A DNA stretch of 63,937 bases, filler included, from Octopus bimaculoides (GCF_001194135.2; 4 parts of 4 records of this genome joined end to end with filler, not necessarily neighbours in it); one strand, 5' to 3'. Counted from the whole stretch's first letter, positions 50,136 through 63,112 are shown. The notes: generated by a model not told the origin, from the sequence alone. Translations and numbers: made by a program.

Positions 50136-50607
50136 NNNNNNNNNNNNNNNNNNNNNNNNNNNNNNNNNNNNNNNNNNNNNNNNNNNNNNNNNNNNNNNNN
50201 NNNNNNNNNNNNNNNNNNNNNNNNNNNNNNNNNNNNNNNNNNNNNNNNNNNNNNNNNNNNNNNNNNNNNNNNNNNNNNNNNNNNNNNNNNNNNNNNNNNN
50301 NNNNNNNNNNNNNNNNNNNNNNNNNNNNNNNNNNNNNNNNNNNNNNNNNNNNNNNNNNNNNNNNNNNNNNNNNNNNNNNNNNNNNNNNNNNNNNNNNNNN
50401 NNNNNNNNNNNNNNNNNNNNNNNNNNNNNNNNNNNNNNNNNNNNNNNNNNNNNNNNNNNNNNNNNNNNNNNNNNNNNNNNNNNNNNNNNNNNNNNNNNNN
50501 NNNNNNNNNNNNNNNNNNNNNNNNNNNNNNNNNNNNNNNNNNNNNNNNNNNNNNNNNNNNNNNNNNNNNNNNNNNNNNNNNNNNNNNNNNNNNNNNNNNN
50601 NNNNNNN

Positions 50608-50643
<36 letters not shown>

Positions 50644-50701
50644 ACATTATTTCAGACACCAGGTCAGCAGTTTTGAAGGGATGGTGATAGAGTTTATATA
50701 G

Positions 50702-50916
50702 CGGTGGATTGGCTGAGTCATTAGGGCGTCGGACAGAATCTCTTTCAGTATTTGCTCCGGCTCTTTAGGGGTCTAAGATCAAATCTTGCTGAGATTAACT
50801 TTGCTTTTCATCCCTCTAGAGTCGATAGAACAAAGTACCAGACAACTACTGAGGCTGGTGTAATTGACTAAGTAACCCCTCTCTTCAAATTTGCTGGTTT
50901 TGAACCTTAATGAAAG
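50702..50916 (+). mobile_element. SINE family B, diverged
   Basis: TTGCTTTTCATCCCTCTAGAGTCGATAGAACAAAGTACCAG. Confidence 0.65.
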
Positions 50917-50933
50917 ACATTTATTAATCTTAC

Positions 50934-51072
50934 TGCTGAGAGGTCTAATGGCTAAGTCCAGAGGTGGAATGAGGCGGTTGGTTGCGGATGGTGGAACGCT
51001 GACGATTTGATACGGCTGACTGGACAGTCGGCCTGCTTTGTCGATGGGGGCAAACACAGGAGGGAGGAAGAA
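50934..51072 (-). CDS. Candidate 139-nt internal exon of an unidentified host gene
   Basis: Long pyrimidine tract plus TTTGTACAG acceptor, GTAAGA donor, GC-rich, one open frame (FFLPPVFAPIDKAGRLSSQPYQIVSVPPSATNRLIPPLDLAIRPLS). The protein is not recognised. Confidence 0.4.
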
Positions 51073-51620
51073 CTGTACAAATACAAATAGAGAGAGGGTG
51101 AGAGAAAGAGACATTACAGTTTATTAATTGAACACGATTGACATAAACGCCTATCTTCCCTCTCTTCAAACACATAAAGAGAAATACACAAATACAGAGA
51201 GAGGTGGGGACTGAGTACGGAACGAGGAAAACACTAAAACTAGGGAGACATTATAGAATGCCTTAGCTCGTTCATAAGAAACTGTTCTTTTGGTTATAGG
51301 CTTCATCGTTCCCGTCCCGCTGTAGTAATTATACTGAATTAATCACGGCGAAGGTTTATTTAGAATTTCTCGTTCAGATCTAAGTTATCATCATTTTCCC
51401 ATTGTCATAAACAATCATTGTCATAAACATAGGTATCAATATGGCCATTATCATCAATAATAGTCAGAAGAATAATTTGTTAAACTCTAACAAGGTATCA
51501 TGTGTGTAGGGAAAGATTGTTGTAGACAGAAAATTTCCAAATCGACCTACTACTTACCGATTCTCTCATCCATCACCATCTTAACAATAATTATTATTTC
51601 TTTATTTATTAATACTATTA

Positions 51621-52620
51621 GCCGAGGTCGTTTTTGACTTTCGTCCTTTTGGAGTCAATGAAATATAAGTACCAGTTGAGCACTGGGGGTCAATGTAATC
51701 GACTAGCCCCGCTCCCAAAATTACAGGCCTTGTACCTTTAGTAGAAAGGATTATTATTAAGGTGGCGAGCTGGCAGAATCGTTAGCACGCCGGGCGAAAT
51801 GCATAGCGGTATTTCGCTCGTTGCTACGTTGTGAGTTCAAATTCCGCCGAGGTCGACTTTGCCTTTCATCCTTTCGGGGTCGATTAAATATGTACCAGTT
51901 AANNNNNNNNNNNNNNNNNNNNNNNNNNNNNNNNNNNNNNNNNNNNNNNNNNNNNNNNNNNNNNNNNNNNNNNNNNNNNNNNNNNNNNNNNNNNNNNNNN
52001 NNNNNNNNNNNNNNNNNNNNNNNNNNNNNNNNNNNNNNNNNNNNNNNNNNNNNNNNNNNNNNNNNNNNNNNNNNNNNNNNNNNNNNNNNNNNNNNNNNNN
52101 NNNNNNNNNNNNNNNNNNNNNNNNNNNNNNNNNNNNNNNNNNNNNNNNNNNNNNNNNNNNNNNNNNNNNNNNNNNNNNNNNNNNNNNNNNNNNNNNNNNN
52201 NNNNNNNNNNNNNNNNNNNNNNNNNNNNNNNNNNNNNNNAAACGCTTAGTGGAATTTCTTCCAGCTCTTTACATTCTGAAATGAAATATCGCCGAGGTCA
52301 ATTTTGCGTTTCCTTCCTTCGAGCGTTGATGAAATAAAGTACCAGTCAGGTACAAGGGTCGATGTAATCCACTGGCCCATCCCACAAAAAGTCTCAGACC
52401 CTGGGCATATAATAGAAATGATTATCAGCTGTCAGAATCGATAGCACGCCGGACAAAATGTTTCGACTTTACGTTCTGAGTTTAAATGCCTCCGTCGTCG
52501 ACTTTGCCTTTCATCCTTTCGGGGTCGATTAAATATGTACCAGTTAAATACTGGGGTCGATGTAATTGATTTACCTCCTCCCTGAAAATTGTTCACCTTG
52601 TGCCAAAATTTGAAATTATT
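51621..52620 (+). mobile_element. Head-to-tail array of at least 4 SINE family B copies (spans a gap)
   Basis: Copies at 51621-51750, 51759-51902, 52240-52420 and 52428-52620, joined by short ATT linkers. Confidence 0.8.
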
Positions 52621-53689
52621 ATTATTGTTATTATTATTATTATTGGACATAATAGCCGTAATATATGAACTGCTGGTTTATGGGGGATATTTTTTCATTC
52701 CGACAAGCAAAATTTTACCAATGAGAATTAATGTAGACCATTAGGCTGTGATTACAATTATACGCCAAAAGTCTTGTAGTCAATTAGACCAAAATTCAGA
52801 AACCTAAAATCAATATTAAACAGAAATCAGCAAGAATTTCGTTAATAAATGGTTACAAATGAAGTTCAATCAACTTAGACTGACGCACAAATGACAGTAC
52901 ATATGCATTCACAGAAGCCGGCAACTATGTTGATTTGACTTAACGTTAGTGAGTACTTTACGGCGACCAGTAAAGTTTCATTTAAATGCATTTATTTTGC
53001 GATCTTCTTTATGAGTATGGCTTGATATTGGTTTCAGAGTGTGTAAGAATATATATATNNNNNNNNNNAAGAGTCTTTCGACTATCGGACGAACGTAACA
53101 TAAGAAATAGAATTATACATATACAATGGGCAAAAACCTTTCGGCTATACAACAAAAATGAAACAAAACAAGAAGAGTCTTTCGACTATCAGACAGTGTA
53201 GTAAGCTAGAGCAAGGAAAAAGGAAGTGGAAAAATCTTACACGACCGGGTGGCGAGACAGAACAGAACAGATGCGACTGACCTCAAAAGAAATACAATGC
53301 ATAAACCGGACAGCGATCACGTGGTAGAGGAAGGGAGGAGTTGAAGAAAGCAGAGGGACCAAATAATGAGAGGGAGGGATCACAGAATGAGAGGGAGGAG
53401 AAAAGAGAGAAAGAAACATGGTACAAGGGTGGTGAGGAAGGAAGGAATATATATATATATATATATATATATGATATTCCAGGGGAATAATGTCCGGTCA
53501 CTTAGTATAAAGGACTCAAAAATAAGTCCGAGAGTGAATAAAATATTTAATCCTTATGAATTATATATAATCATTTTTAGCCCTAGGTTTCTTAAGGCCG
53601 GTTTTCCAGTTTCAGCAGCATATAAGTCACAACATCTGTCCTGAACGAGACGCCAGTCCTTTGCAGGATCCAGGGACCATACAAGTCTT

Positions 53690-53819
53690 TTACTGGTACT
53701 CTATTTTATCGACTCCGAATCAGGTAAAGTTGATCTAGGTGAGATTTGAACTCAGAACGTATAACGCCGGAAAAAATACCGTTTTGCATTTTGTCCAACA
53801 CTAGTGATCCTGCCAGCTC

Positions 53820-53820
<1 letters not shown>
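53690..53820 (-). mobile_element. SINE family B 5' half
   Basis: CTGGTACTCTATTTTATCGACTCCGAA...GAACTCAGAACGT...CTGCCAGCTC. Confidence 0.65.
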
Positions 53821-53853
<33 letters not shown>

Positions 53854-54037
53854 TGTGTATAAAATAGGAAATTGGAAAATTTTGGGGTTTTATTCATTAA
53901 CCATTATATATATTTCTTTTGCTAATAGGAATTACAAAGTTTTTCATCTAAGATAAGCATGTAAGAGATACTAGATTATAATAATGGAATAAGCAGATGT
54001 GCTTCAATAGAAAAGAGTTGGAATTTACCCTCCTGTC

Positions 54038-54087
<50 letters not shown>

Positions 54088-55496
54088 TAGGTTATAATTA
54101 TGTATTTAAACATCTGCTTTCTCTTGTTGCTACTCAGTTTCACAAGAGTCAAAATTTTTCAGACTTTTAATATTTTCAATCCAGCGCTTAAAGACTTCGA
54201 TTTTATGGGTTTAAACAAATCGATTTTGCATGTGGTTTCGTTATGCTTTGTATGGTTTTCAAAGGTACCAACACTTATCAGGAAAGAAGATTACTTCAGG
54301 GGAAGTGACTCTGTTTATATTCGAAATGGTATCTATCAGCTTCATTTTCTAAAGTATCCATGCAGAGACGTGTTAAAGAATGAAAGAGTTAAATTTTCTT
54401 CTGTACAAACAGGTGGAGGTCTTGTCTCTCCTACTGAAAACATTGGCCGATATAACCAGTATTTCAAACCTTTTAATAATGCATGAGTAGATTGGCTGCA
54501 GTTCCTTATGTTTCCGTTTGGCTTTTAGTAACAATGCACTTCTTTATAGTGGCATCAAATAGTCTGTCTTTGAGATTATCATCAAACTTTTAATTTAATA
54601 ATTGGAAACAAGGACTTCAAAATTAAAACAGGGCAAAACCGGTTTTAGTTGCTAATTTAAAATGTAATTTAATTTTTGTAGTTAGAGACTCTTTTCTCTG
54701 AATTGTAAATTCACGCACAAATACAAATTACACAGATAAGCACACATGTTTTTAAGTGTGTGTATGTACGTTGGTTCGAATACATAAGTTCAAATACTGA
54801 ATAGATAAATCGAGTACAATTACTGTGGTTTCTTTCTATGATTCGTCAGAACATGACGGTTTAATGAATCGTAAAAAAGAAAAAGGACTCATTTTCAGTA
54901 CCTGAATTAAACATGTTATTCGTGAGTTTACATGTTTGCAGTGCAATAAGTTTTCTCATTTAAACCCAATATTTATACGCTAGTACTTGTAGCGTTATCT
55001 ACTTCGAGTTTCGCAGTTAAAAACGAATTACTTCACGCGTCTCTCGAAGATTCTAAGTTCTTATAACGTAAAACATATTCGTGCACGAGTGTCTATGTTT
55101 TCTGTAACTTAACGGTTCGACAAATAGAGAAAGATAAATTAAGTACGAAACTTTAAACACGAACTGTGGGTTGATATGATCGTCTAAATCCTCGAAGACA
55201 GTTCCCCGGTATAGCCATGGCCGCTGTCCAAAGACGAGAACTGGTGAAGAAATTTTAAACTTACCACAATACAAACTTTGAATAATTCCAAACTCAACTG
55301 GAATATATCTCCATTCCTGGATTCCTAAACGATAACGGTTGAGTTGTGATTTACCAACTATTAACTTCTACTTTGACTGACACACATAGGCGTTCATGAA
55401 TCGCAATAATCTACACACAGGAAGTCTGTGGCCTTTGTCAATAGCGGCCTTTCGTAGGGTCCAAAAGAACTTATAATTGCTTTTACTATTTCTCAT

Positions 55497-55705
55497 CTTT
55501 TATTTGTTTCAGTCATTGGATTGCGGCCATGCTGGGGCACCGACTTGAAGTCAAACAAACCGACCCCATTACTTATTTTCTTAATCTGTTACTTATTGTA
55601 TCGGCCTCTTTTGTTGAACCGTTAAATTACGAGGACGTAAACAAACGAATAACGGTAATCCAGCGGTGGGTTGGGTAGGACAGACAGACAGACATAGACA
55701 CACAC
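55497..55705 (-). mobile_element. SINE family A tail
   Basis: TTTCAGTCATTGGATTGCGGCCATGCTGGGGCACCG. Confidence 0.8.
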
Positions 55706-55796
55706 AATCACACACCTACCCATGTGTATATGTCTATCAATAATAATAATAATAATGATGATTATTACGAAGTAGCATTAGCATTACCTTTAATTC

Positions 55797-55840
<44 letters not shown>

Positions 55841-55844
<4 letters not shown>

Positions 55845-56085
55845 ACAAGAACGCAAAACATCCAAACAGTTAGGTGATACAAAAAAGGGGCAACAAAACA
55901 TCCAGATAGACGATACAAAGAAAACAAGGCCGGAGTTTTCTTTCCTCGGTCGATTTCCAGATTATCTTTGCAATTTCGGCTGGTTATACTCGAGATTGCT
56001 CCAATCTGGCCAGCCCCCCAAAAAACTAAGCTAAGAGCATTAGATTCCTTGGAAGAAAGCAGCGAATGTATACGAAAACAAGGAC
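55841..56085 (+). mobile_element. Family C fragment flanked by (TA)n on both sides
   Basis: Near-identical to 20872-21125. Confidence 0.85.
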
Positions 56086-56116
<31 letters not shown>

Positions 56117-56328
56117 CAGCCTCAAATAGACCTACATATGTTTCAACTGCACCGAGTAGTAACTGTTGCAACTGCAACCTTACTATAATACCGGTGCAGT
56201 TTTTTCAGTGTCTTCACTTTATATGTATCACGGTATCAACCAGAGTATCTGATATTATTATACATTGCTGATCACAATGCGCTTCACATTGTTTTAGCTT
56301 TAGAAATGAGGCCACCCAGCTGACTAGG

Positions 56329-56455
56329 CGAGCAGGGTGACCTGCATTTGCAGCTGAGCGGACTGGAGCAATGTGAAATGAAGTGTTTTGCTCAAGAACA
56401 CAATACGCCGCCCAGTCCAGGAATCGAAATAGTCTTAGATAGACTATGGTCGACA
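56329..56455 (-). mobile_element. tRNA-derived SINE fragment (third family)
   Basis: Minus strand TTCGATTCCTGGACTGGGCGGCGTATTGTGTTCTTGAGCAAAACAC resembles 4740-4790. Confidence 0.45.
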
Positions 56456-56468
56456 CGAAGCTAAAGCA

Positions 56469-56565
56469 GAAGACACAAGCCCAAGGTGCCACACAGCAGA
56501 ACTAAACCCAGAACCATATGGTTAGAAGCAGATTTCTTACCACAGGGCCTCGCCTGCGCGTATAA
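56469..56565 (-). mobile_element. SINE family A head fragment
   Basis: GCCCAAGGTGCCACACAGCAGAACTAAACCCAGAACCATATGGTT. Confidence 0.65.
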
Positions 56566-57273
56566 ATAAAACTTTAAATTTATATCTAGAACATTTAGTG
56601 TTTTGAATCTCTTCTTTCTTTCGCCGTTTGCTTCTAATACAGACGCAAGTATTGAGTTCTTAGTTGAATGTTCAGTTGCTATCGTTATATTCATCTTAAT
56701 GGTTTCATTTCTCAGAATGTTTACTCCTCCAGTGTGTCTATATTTTAAGTCATCCAAATAATGAAGGCTTACACTATATTATTCTCCTACACTGTACTGT
56801 GGCAAATAGACACGAAGTATTTCCCGGTAATTTTCATCGAGTCATTGTTATGTTATTGATGTTTGATTTATTTATGTTGATTGCACTCAGGATTCAAGAA
56901 TTGTATTTAAAACTGGGTCAACTATATGAGTAGCAAATATGAGTAGCACACACGCACACTTATGTATGTACGCATTTATATACACGTACATCTGTGTATA
57001 TATATACAATATAAATAATATATCTGTATATATATATATATATATATATATAAATGCATTTGTATATATACATGACTATGTATATAATTACATATACGTT
57101 TATATGTATATATTATGTATGTGAATGCATATATATACATATGCACGTATATAAGAGAGAGGAGGAGAGATTTTCATGTATATATATATACATATATATA
57201 TACACACATATATACGTGTAAAATACATGTGCATATATATATGTGTGTGTATTTACATATGTGACTGTATATA

Positions 57274-57313
<40 letters not shown>

Positions 57314-58398
57314 ATATGTGTGCGCGCGCGAGTTAGTTCATACATATATACGTATGCATTCATTAATTTCCACCGCATATGATTTAAACATTATTCAAAG
57401 CTAGACTGCTATTCGATATTTTATTATTATTATTATTATTATTAAATAATTCTTTGGTATCTATTTTACGACATTCTAATTGTAGCAGTCCCTTGGCTCA
57501 TCAGCTTATATTAAACAAATTGTCTGTAGATGTTTTGCGCTGTTGTTCTTTAAAACTTTGTAATATTCTAATTAAGTTCTGTCTACTTATTCACTTCCAT
57601 TTTGTTTCAATTCTTCCTAAGTACATTATGACTGAAAATGCTCTTACTAGTGCATAGATGTCTATTAATTTGTTTTTGTCAGTATTTTAGTTTTCTGCTC
57701 TCTTCGGTTACGTTTCTGGCGATCATTTCATTTCGGCTTTTTTTCTAATTTTCACAAAGATGTTTCCAAGTTTAACTATCTCTACAACGATCATGCTGGA
57801 GCAGTATCTACTAGTGTGTTGTACTTTTATTTATTGATTGCTAGATATTTATAATTTTGTCTTTCGGTATACAGATTTTGCTCATATCTATGTTATTTTA
57901 TTTACTATGAAACACTACCATTAAAGTCGTAGTTGACATACTTGATGTAGTTATCTAATAAATTAATTTTCTTTAAATATAATTGCTCTCCGAGCAATGG
58001 GAAAGGCATTATTATTCAAATGATTGCCTCTGTACGTAGAAGCTAAGAGAGCCGACTCATATTTAAATTAGTTAAAATCAAAGTACACCTAAAACGTATT
58101 AAGAGATGAGTCTGACTTTCAGTAATTTGTTGCCAACCCCAATCATGTTCTGACCTTATTAGACCTCCTCGGGAAAGCATACTCTCTCTCCATTACTGCC
58201 AGAGCTTAAAGTGAGCAGAGAAATTATACAGGAACTTCGTAATGAAATGCTGAAGATTATGACTTTTACATATGACTGAGATAAAAGCTGGCTGTATCAA
58301 ACACTATTGATAAAAAGCGTGGTTTCTCTATTTCTGCATCTTTCCATAACCTGCGTTTATGTGAGCTAGTTCGATGTTGTAATGAGAGTGTTTGTGTG

Positions 58399-58786
58399 TA
58401 GAGCGGCTGTGTGATAAGTAGCTCGCTTACCAACCACATGGTTCCGGGTTCAGTCCTACCGCGTGGCACCTTGGGCAAGTGTCTTCTGCTATAGTCTCGG
58501 GCCGACCGAGGCATTGTGAGTGGATGAGTTGGTAGACGGAAACTGAAAGAAGCCCATCATATATATGTTTGTGTATATGTGTGTGTGTGTGTGTGTATGT
58601 CCTCCCAACATTGCTCGACAACCGATACCGGTGCGTTTCCTTCCCCGTAACTTAGCGGTTCGGCAAAAGAGACTGATAGAATGAGTATTAGGTTAACACA
58701 GAATAAGTCCCGGGGTCGATTTGTTCGACTAAAGGCGGTGTTCCAGCATGGCCGCAGTCAAATGACTGAAACTAATAAAAGAATAA
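58399..58786 (+). mobile_element. SINE family A, reference full copy (tRNA head, CORE-like segment, internal microsatellite, tail)
   Basis: A-box-like CGGCTGTGTGA, B-box-like GGTTCAGTCC, CCTTGGGCAAGT; at least 8 related copies in the window. Confidence 0.85.
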
Positions 58787-59911
58787 ATGTATAAAAGAAT
58801 GTGTGTGTGTATGTGTGTGTGCGCGCGCGTGCACCTGACCACATAGACATAGGTGCAAAGAACGGTAGAGGAAATTAGTATTCGAACACGAAAGGTAATG
58901 TAAAATATTAATCTATTGAAGCTGAAAAACTTCACAAATTGTTACTCAGAGTTTCACGTAAATGATTATCAAACAACAGTGATGTTTAGAGCAACAGCCT
59001 TGGTCAAAATATGCACGGCAATCTGATGGTCGGGTACAAGAAATTCTGATAAGCAGTTTGAAAAATTTCTTCAGCTTCAATGATATGTTTTATCAGTGTT
59101 TCAACATAGTCTCGAAATTATAAAGACAATGTTCTCATGCGTTAATAGATCCGTTGGCTGATGCATTTTAAACAATGATAAATTTGCAGCTTCTCGGCCT
59201 GTTTTTCCGAGTCGCGACTGTTCTATCGAGTCTAGTTATTTGAAACCATGCCAAAAGATTAGAGATTCGTCTCCTGTGACTGTTCCTAAAGCACTTATTT
59301 TCTTTTGGAGCGGTAAAGTAGCAACTGTGGGATAATATAATTCAGCAACGCAAGCAGAAGCAGCAGCACTATAAAACTGACGAGAGTTTCACTGCTTATT
59401 TTTCAATGGTCAATAATGTTTTGAAATTTGATATCGTTTCAAGAGGTATAACATGAAGAGATGAACTCAGAATGCAGTATATCGATCGATTTAAGTACAG
59501 TTTTATTCATGATGTTTTTTTTCTTTTGACCCCAGGACAGCGCCAATGGAACAAGGTCAAACGCATTGTAATTGTGTTCATGCTGACTCCGACATAATGT
59601 ATCTAAGACTATTTCGCTTAATGTGTCTTTTTGTTATTGTTGTTGCTGCTTTGTCCGAGCTCGTCGCTGTGATTGAATGGACAGCCCTATGGTCAGACAT
59701 TCCTTCCTCAGTGTTCCTTTAGCTAATATAGGGAGTTGCACAGTTTAGGAAAAAAAACGTCTTTATTTTTAATCGTTTCGTATAAAGAAGTCATTTCAAA
59801 GGCGAAAAGTTTCATTATGTCAAAATAAGCAGTTAGAAGAACAGCAGCGTTTAGTAGAAGAATATTCGAAAACAAGATAACTCCACGCGCCATGAGAAAG
59901 GTTAAAATTTA

Positions 59912-60745
59912 AGAATCGTTAACGCGCCGGACGAAATGCTTAGCGGTATTTCGCCCGTCACTACGTTCTGAGTTCAAATTACACCGAAGTCGACTTTGCC
60001 TTTCATCCTTTTGGAGTCGATAAATTAAGTACCAGTTGTGTACTTAATGTAATCGACTAACCCTTTCCTCTGAAATTTTAGGCCTTATGCATATAGTAGA
60101 AAGATTATTATTATCATTATAGGTGGCGAGCCGGTAGAATCTTTAGCACACTGGGCGAAATGCTTACCAGTGTTTTGTCCTCCACTCCCCCTAATTACTA
60201 GCCTAGTGCCAAAATTTGAAACCATCATTATTATTATTATTTATTTATTCATAGTTATTGTTGTTTTCTGGGGTCGATAAAAATAAGAAGTAGCCAAAAT
60301 ATATCGGGCTGAAATATCCATTCGATAAACGGTGTTTGCTGCCCGAGATGGAAATCATGGGCGGAGCATCGTAAAAAATGCCTTGTGTTATTTAGTTACG
60401 CCTCTGAAGTTTTAGTTAAAATCCTGCCGGAATCGCCTTCGCTTTCCACCCTGCCGGAATAGGCAACAAAGGTACTAGTCGTGCTTTTGTTAGAAATTCT
60501 CATTATTAATATTATTATTATTATTATTATTATTATTGAGATGGCAAGCTGGTAGAATCGTTAGCGCGCCGAACAAATTGCTAAGCAGTATTTCGTACGT
60601 TTTTATGTTCTGAGTCAAATGTTCTGAGTCAAATTTTTCATCCTTTCGGGGTCGATAAAATAGGGATCAGTTGATCGCTGTGGTCGATGTAATCGATTTG
60701 GCCCCTGCCCCAAAATTGTTGGCCCTGTGCCATAATGTGAAATTA
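59912..60745 (+). mobile_element. Cluster of about 4 same-strand SINE family B copies separated by (ATT)n
   Basis: Copies near 59912-60104, 60120-60220, 60350-60490 (diverged) and 60538-60745. Confidence 0.75.
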
Positions 60746-60774
60746 GTATTATCACTATTATTATTATTATTGAC

Positions 60775-61310
60775 TTAGAGAGCAATACATTCTATCAAAG
60801 TGACACTTGGGTACAAATACACGAGGCCCAGTATACCCATCATGACTACCCGTCTGATAAGGGTACACCAGTCTCATACATCACAACCATATATGCGCGA
60901 CATGGTGAACCCATATCGCAATAAACAGCGCACGATCTTGCTGGCGGAGCCCAGTTAGAATTTTTTCAGTTCGAGTAGCCCATCCCGCCTAAAAGGTCCC
61001 TGAATAAGGGTTGTTAAAGGATTATGAACGAAGCACCCATGTTTCAAGAGGTGAATTATCTAAATCCCAAAAAATCTCTCTCGATACATGGACATGAACC
61101 CTCTCTTCTCCTGCTCATGATCAGAGATGCACATATCGTCAGCCACCAAGGGACATGCTCAACTGGTTAAGGTCAAACAACTGACAAGCAAATCTGTGGT
61201 ATTGAGCAGAATATTTGCTGTAGCCCATCTTTTATACTAAGATAAAACATGCACATGACAACACTTCCGATCAGTTTAAGATCAGAAAACATGAAAACTG
61301 CTTGATGTTG
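60775..61310 (-). repeat. Probable interspersed repeat ending in (AAT)n
   Basis: GC-richer 530-bp block abutting (ATT)n. Recalled as a recurring octopus repeat; single copy in this window. Confidence 0.4.
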
Positions 61311-61632
61311 CATCAGGACATCATTATTATTATTTTCATTATTATTATTATTATTATTAATGGTACTATTATCATCATCATCATCATTATCCTCATCATC
61401 GACTTATACCAAGTGCAATTGACGTATCAATGACATGATAGTTTAAATAATCATCAACATCATCATTATCATCATCGCAATCAAAATCATCATCATCGCC
61501 ATAACCATCATCATCATCATCAGCAGCAACAGAATCATTTTTCTTTTTACTTTTTCTTATTTTTAACTATTGTATATTTTGCAATTCCCTGTTAATTTCT
61601 TTAAAATTATTCTTTGTCACATAAAACTACGT

Positions 61633-61678
<46 letters not shown>

Positions 61679-61944
61679 TATATATATATATAGACACATA
61701 CATACACATCTGTGTATGTGTGTGTCTATATAAATCTAAATAAATGAAATAGTAATAATGATAGCAATAATAATGTTCAATGTAATCATTAATGCAAATA
61801 TATTTATCAAAATTAATATTAATAACTTGTTACATATTTTTGATTTGCTCTCGTTTCATGTGCTTTATACTAACATTTCAATAATAATAATAATAATAAC
61901 AACAATAATAATTCCAAATACTACCAAGAGAACTAACAATATTA

Positions 61945-62130
61945 CTATGTGGCACTCCTTCAGTTGCGACGGTTCCAGTTGATCCGATCAACAGAACAAG
62001 CCTGCTCGTGAAATTAACGTGCAAGCGGCTGAGTACTCCACAGAAACGTGTACCCTTAATGTAGTTCTCGGGGAGATTCAGCATGACACAGAGTGTGACA
62101 AGGTTGGCCCTTTGAAATACAGGTTCAACA
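61945..62130. repeat. Probable SINE-like repeat fragment
   Basis: GC-richer block next to (AAT)n. Recognition is from recall only. Confidence 0.35.
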
Positions 62131-62653
62131 GAAACAGGAAGAAAGGGTGGGAGAAAGTGGGCCATTGCGTCTCCACTAATACTGCTAATACTACCTATCA
62201 TTATTAACACTATTTTGTCCGTATATGGAATGATAAAAAAGAGTTGATTTGGCAGAAAATAGACAGAGTGCTGCATAAAATACTTTTTGGTCATTTGCCT
62301 CGCGTCTTTTTTATGTTTGCATCATTCCAGAGTTCAGATCCCATCGTGGGGCTCACGTTGCGCTTTTAGGGTGGGAAGAAAATGAGTGAAACTGCAATCG
62401 ATTACTCATGTTGATCGACTATACATAGCTCTGTACTTATGTCAGGAAATATTAATAAATATTAATAATAATAGATATTAAGAATAATAATTGATGGAAA
62501 TAAGACTACAGAATAATAATAATAATAATAATAATTCTTTATTAAATTGAATTTATTTTGTTCATATTCATAACTTTTGGAGACAGAGGGCAAGCGAGGT
62601 TACACCAAGAATATTCCAGATGTTACACGCAAGAAAATAAAGTTTATTTTTCG

Positions 62654-62692
<39 letters not shown>

Positions 62693-62704
62693 TATATATA
62701 TACC

Positions 62705-62738
<34 letters not shown>

Positions 62739-62777
62739 CCTATATATACATATATATATATATATACACACACACAC

Positions 62778-62812
<35 letters not shown>

Positions 62813-62912
62813 NNNNNNNNNNNNNNNNNNNNNNNNNNNNNNNNNNNNNNNNNNNNTTAATTAATTAANNNNNNNNNNNNNNNNNNNNNNNNNNNNNNNN
62901 NNNNNNNNNNNN
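62813..62912. other. Artificial 100-nt scaffold spacer
   Basis: 44N-TTAATTAATTAA-44N. Confidence 0.95.
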
Positions 62913-62949
62913 TTATGTTATATATACAATAATAATAAAGGACGTTACC

Positions 62950-63112
62950 ATATATACGTTTACAAACCAAGGACGTTATATAGACCTCCTTGACTCAAGT
63001 TAGAGAAGGGGTGCGTATTATACACAAGGTTTAGGTTTTTCAGAGGTACAGCCCCCTAAAAATCCCCTGCGTATTATACTCAAGGGTGGACTATACTCGA
63101 GGATTTACGGAA
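62950..63112 (+). mobile_element. Possible right end of a pogo/Tigger-like DNA transposon
   Basis: Repeated TGCGTATTATAC and terminal TATACTCGAGGATTTACGG resemble ...ACTCGAGxAAATACGG(TA) ends. Confidence 0.45.

Noticed and set aside
911-52284. Long ORFs of 150-450 aa in the ORF track
   Set aside because: They are built from N runs and dinucleotide or trinucleotide microsatellites ([12 protein letters not shown]) and are not genes.
53070-53200. Repeated GAGTCTTTCGACTATC as a ribozyme
   Set aside because: Only a GUC-GAAA-GAC tetraloop hairpin in a short direct repeat; the core does not fit.
56145-56201. Small imperfect hairpin AACTGCACCG...CGGTGCAGTT
   Set aside because: Short arms, single copy, no motif.
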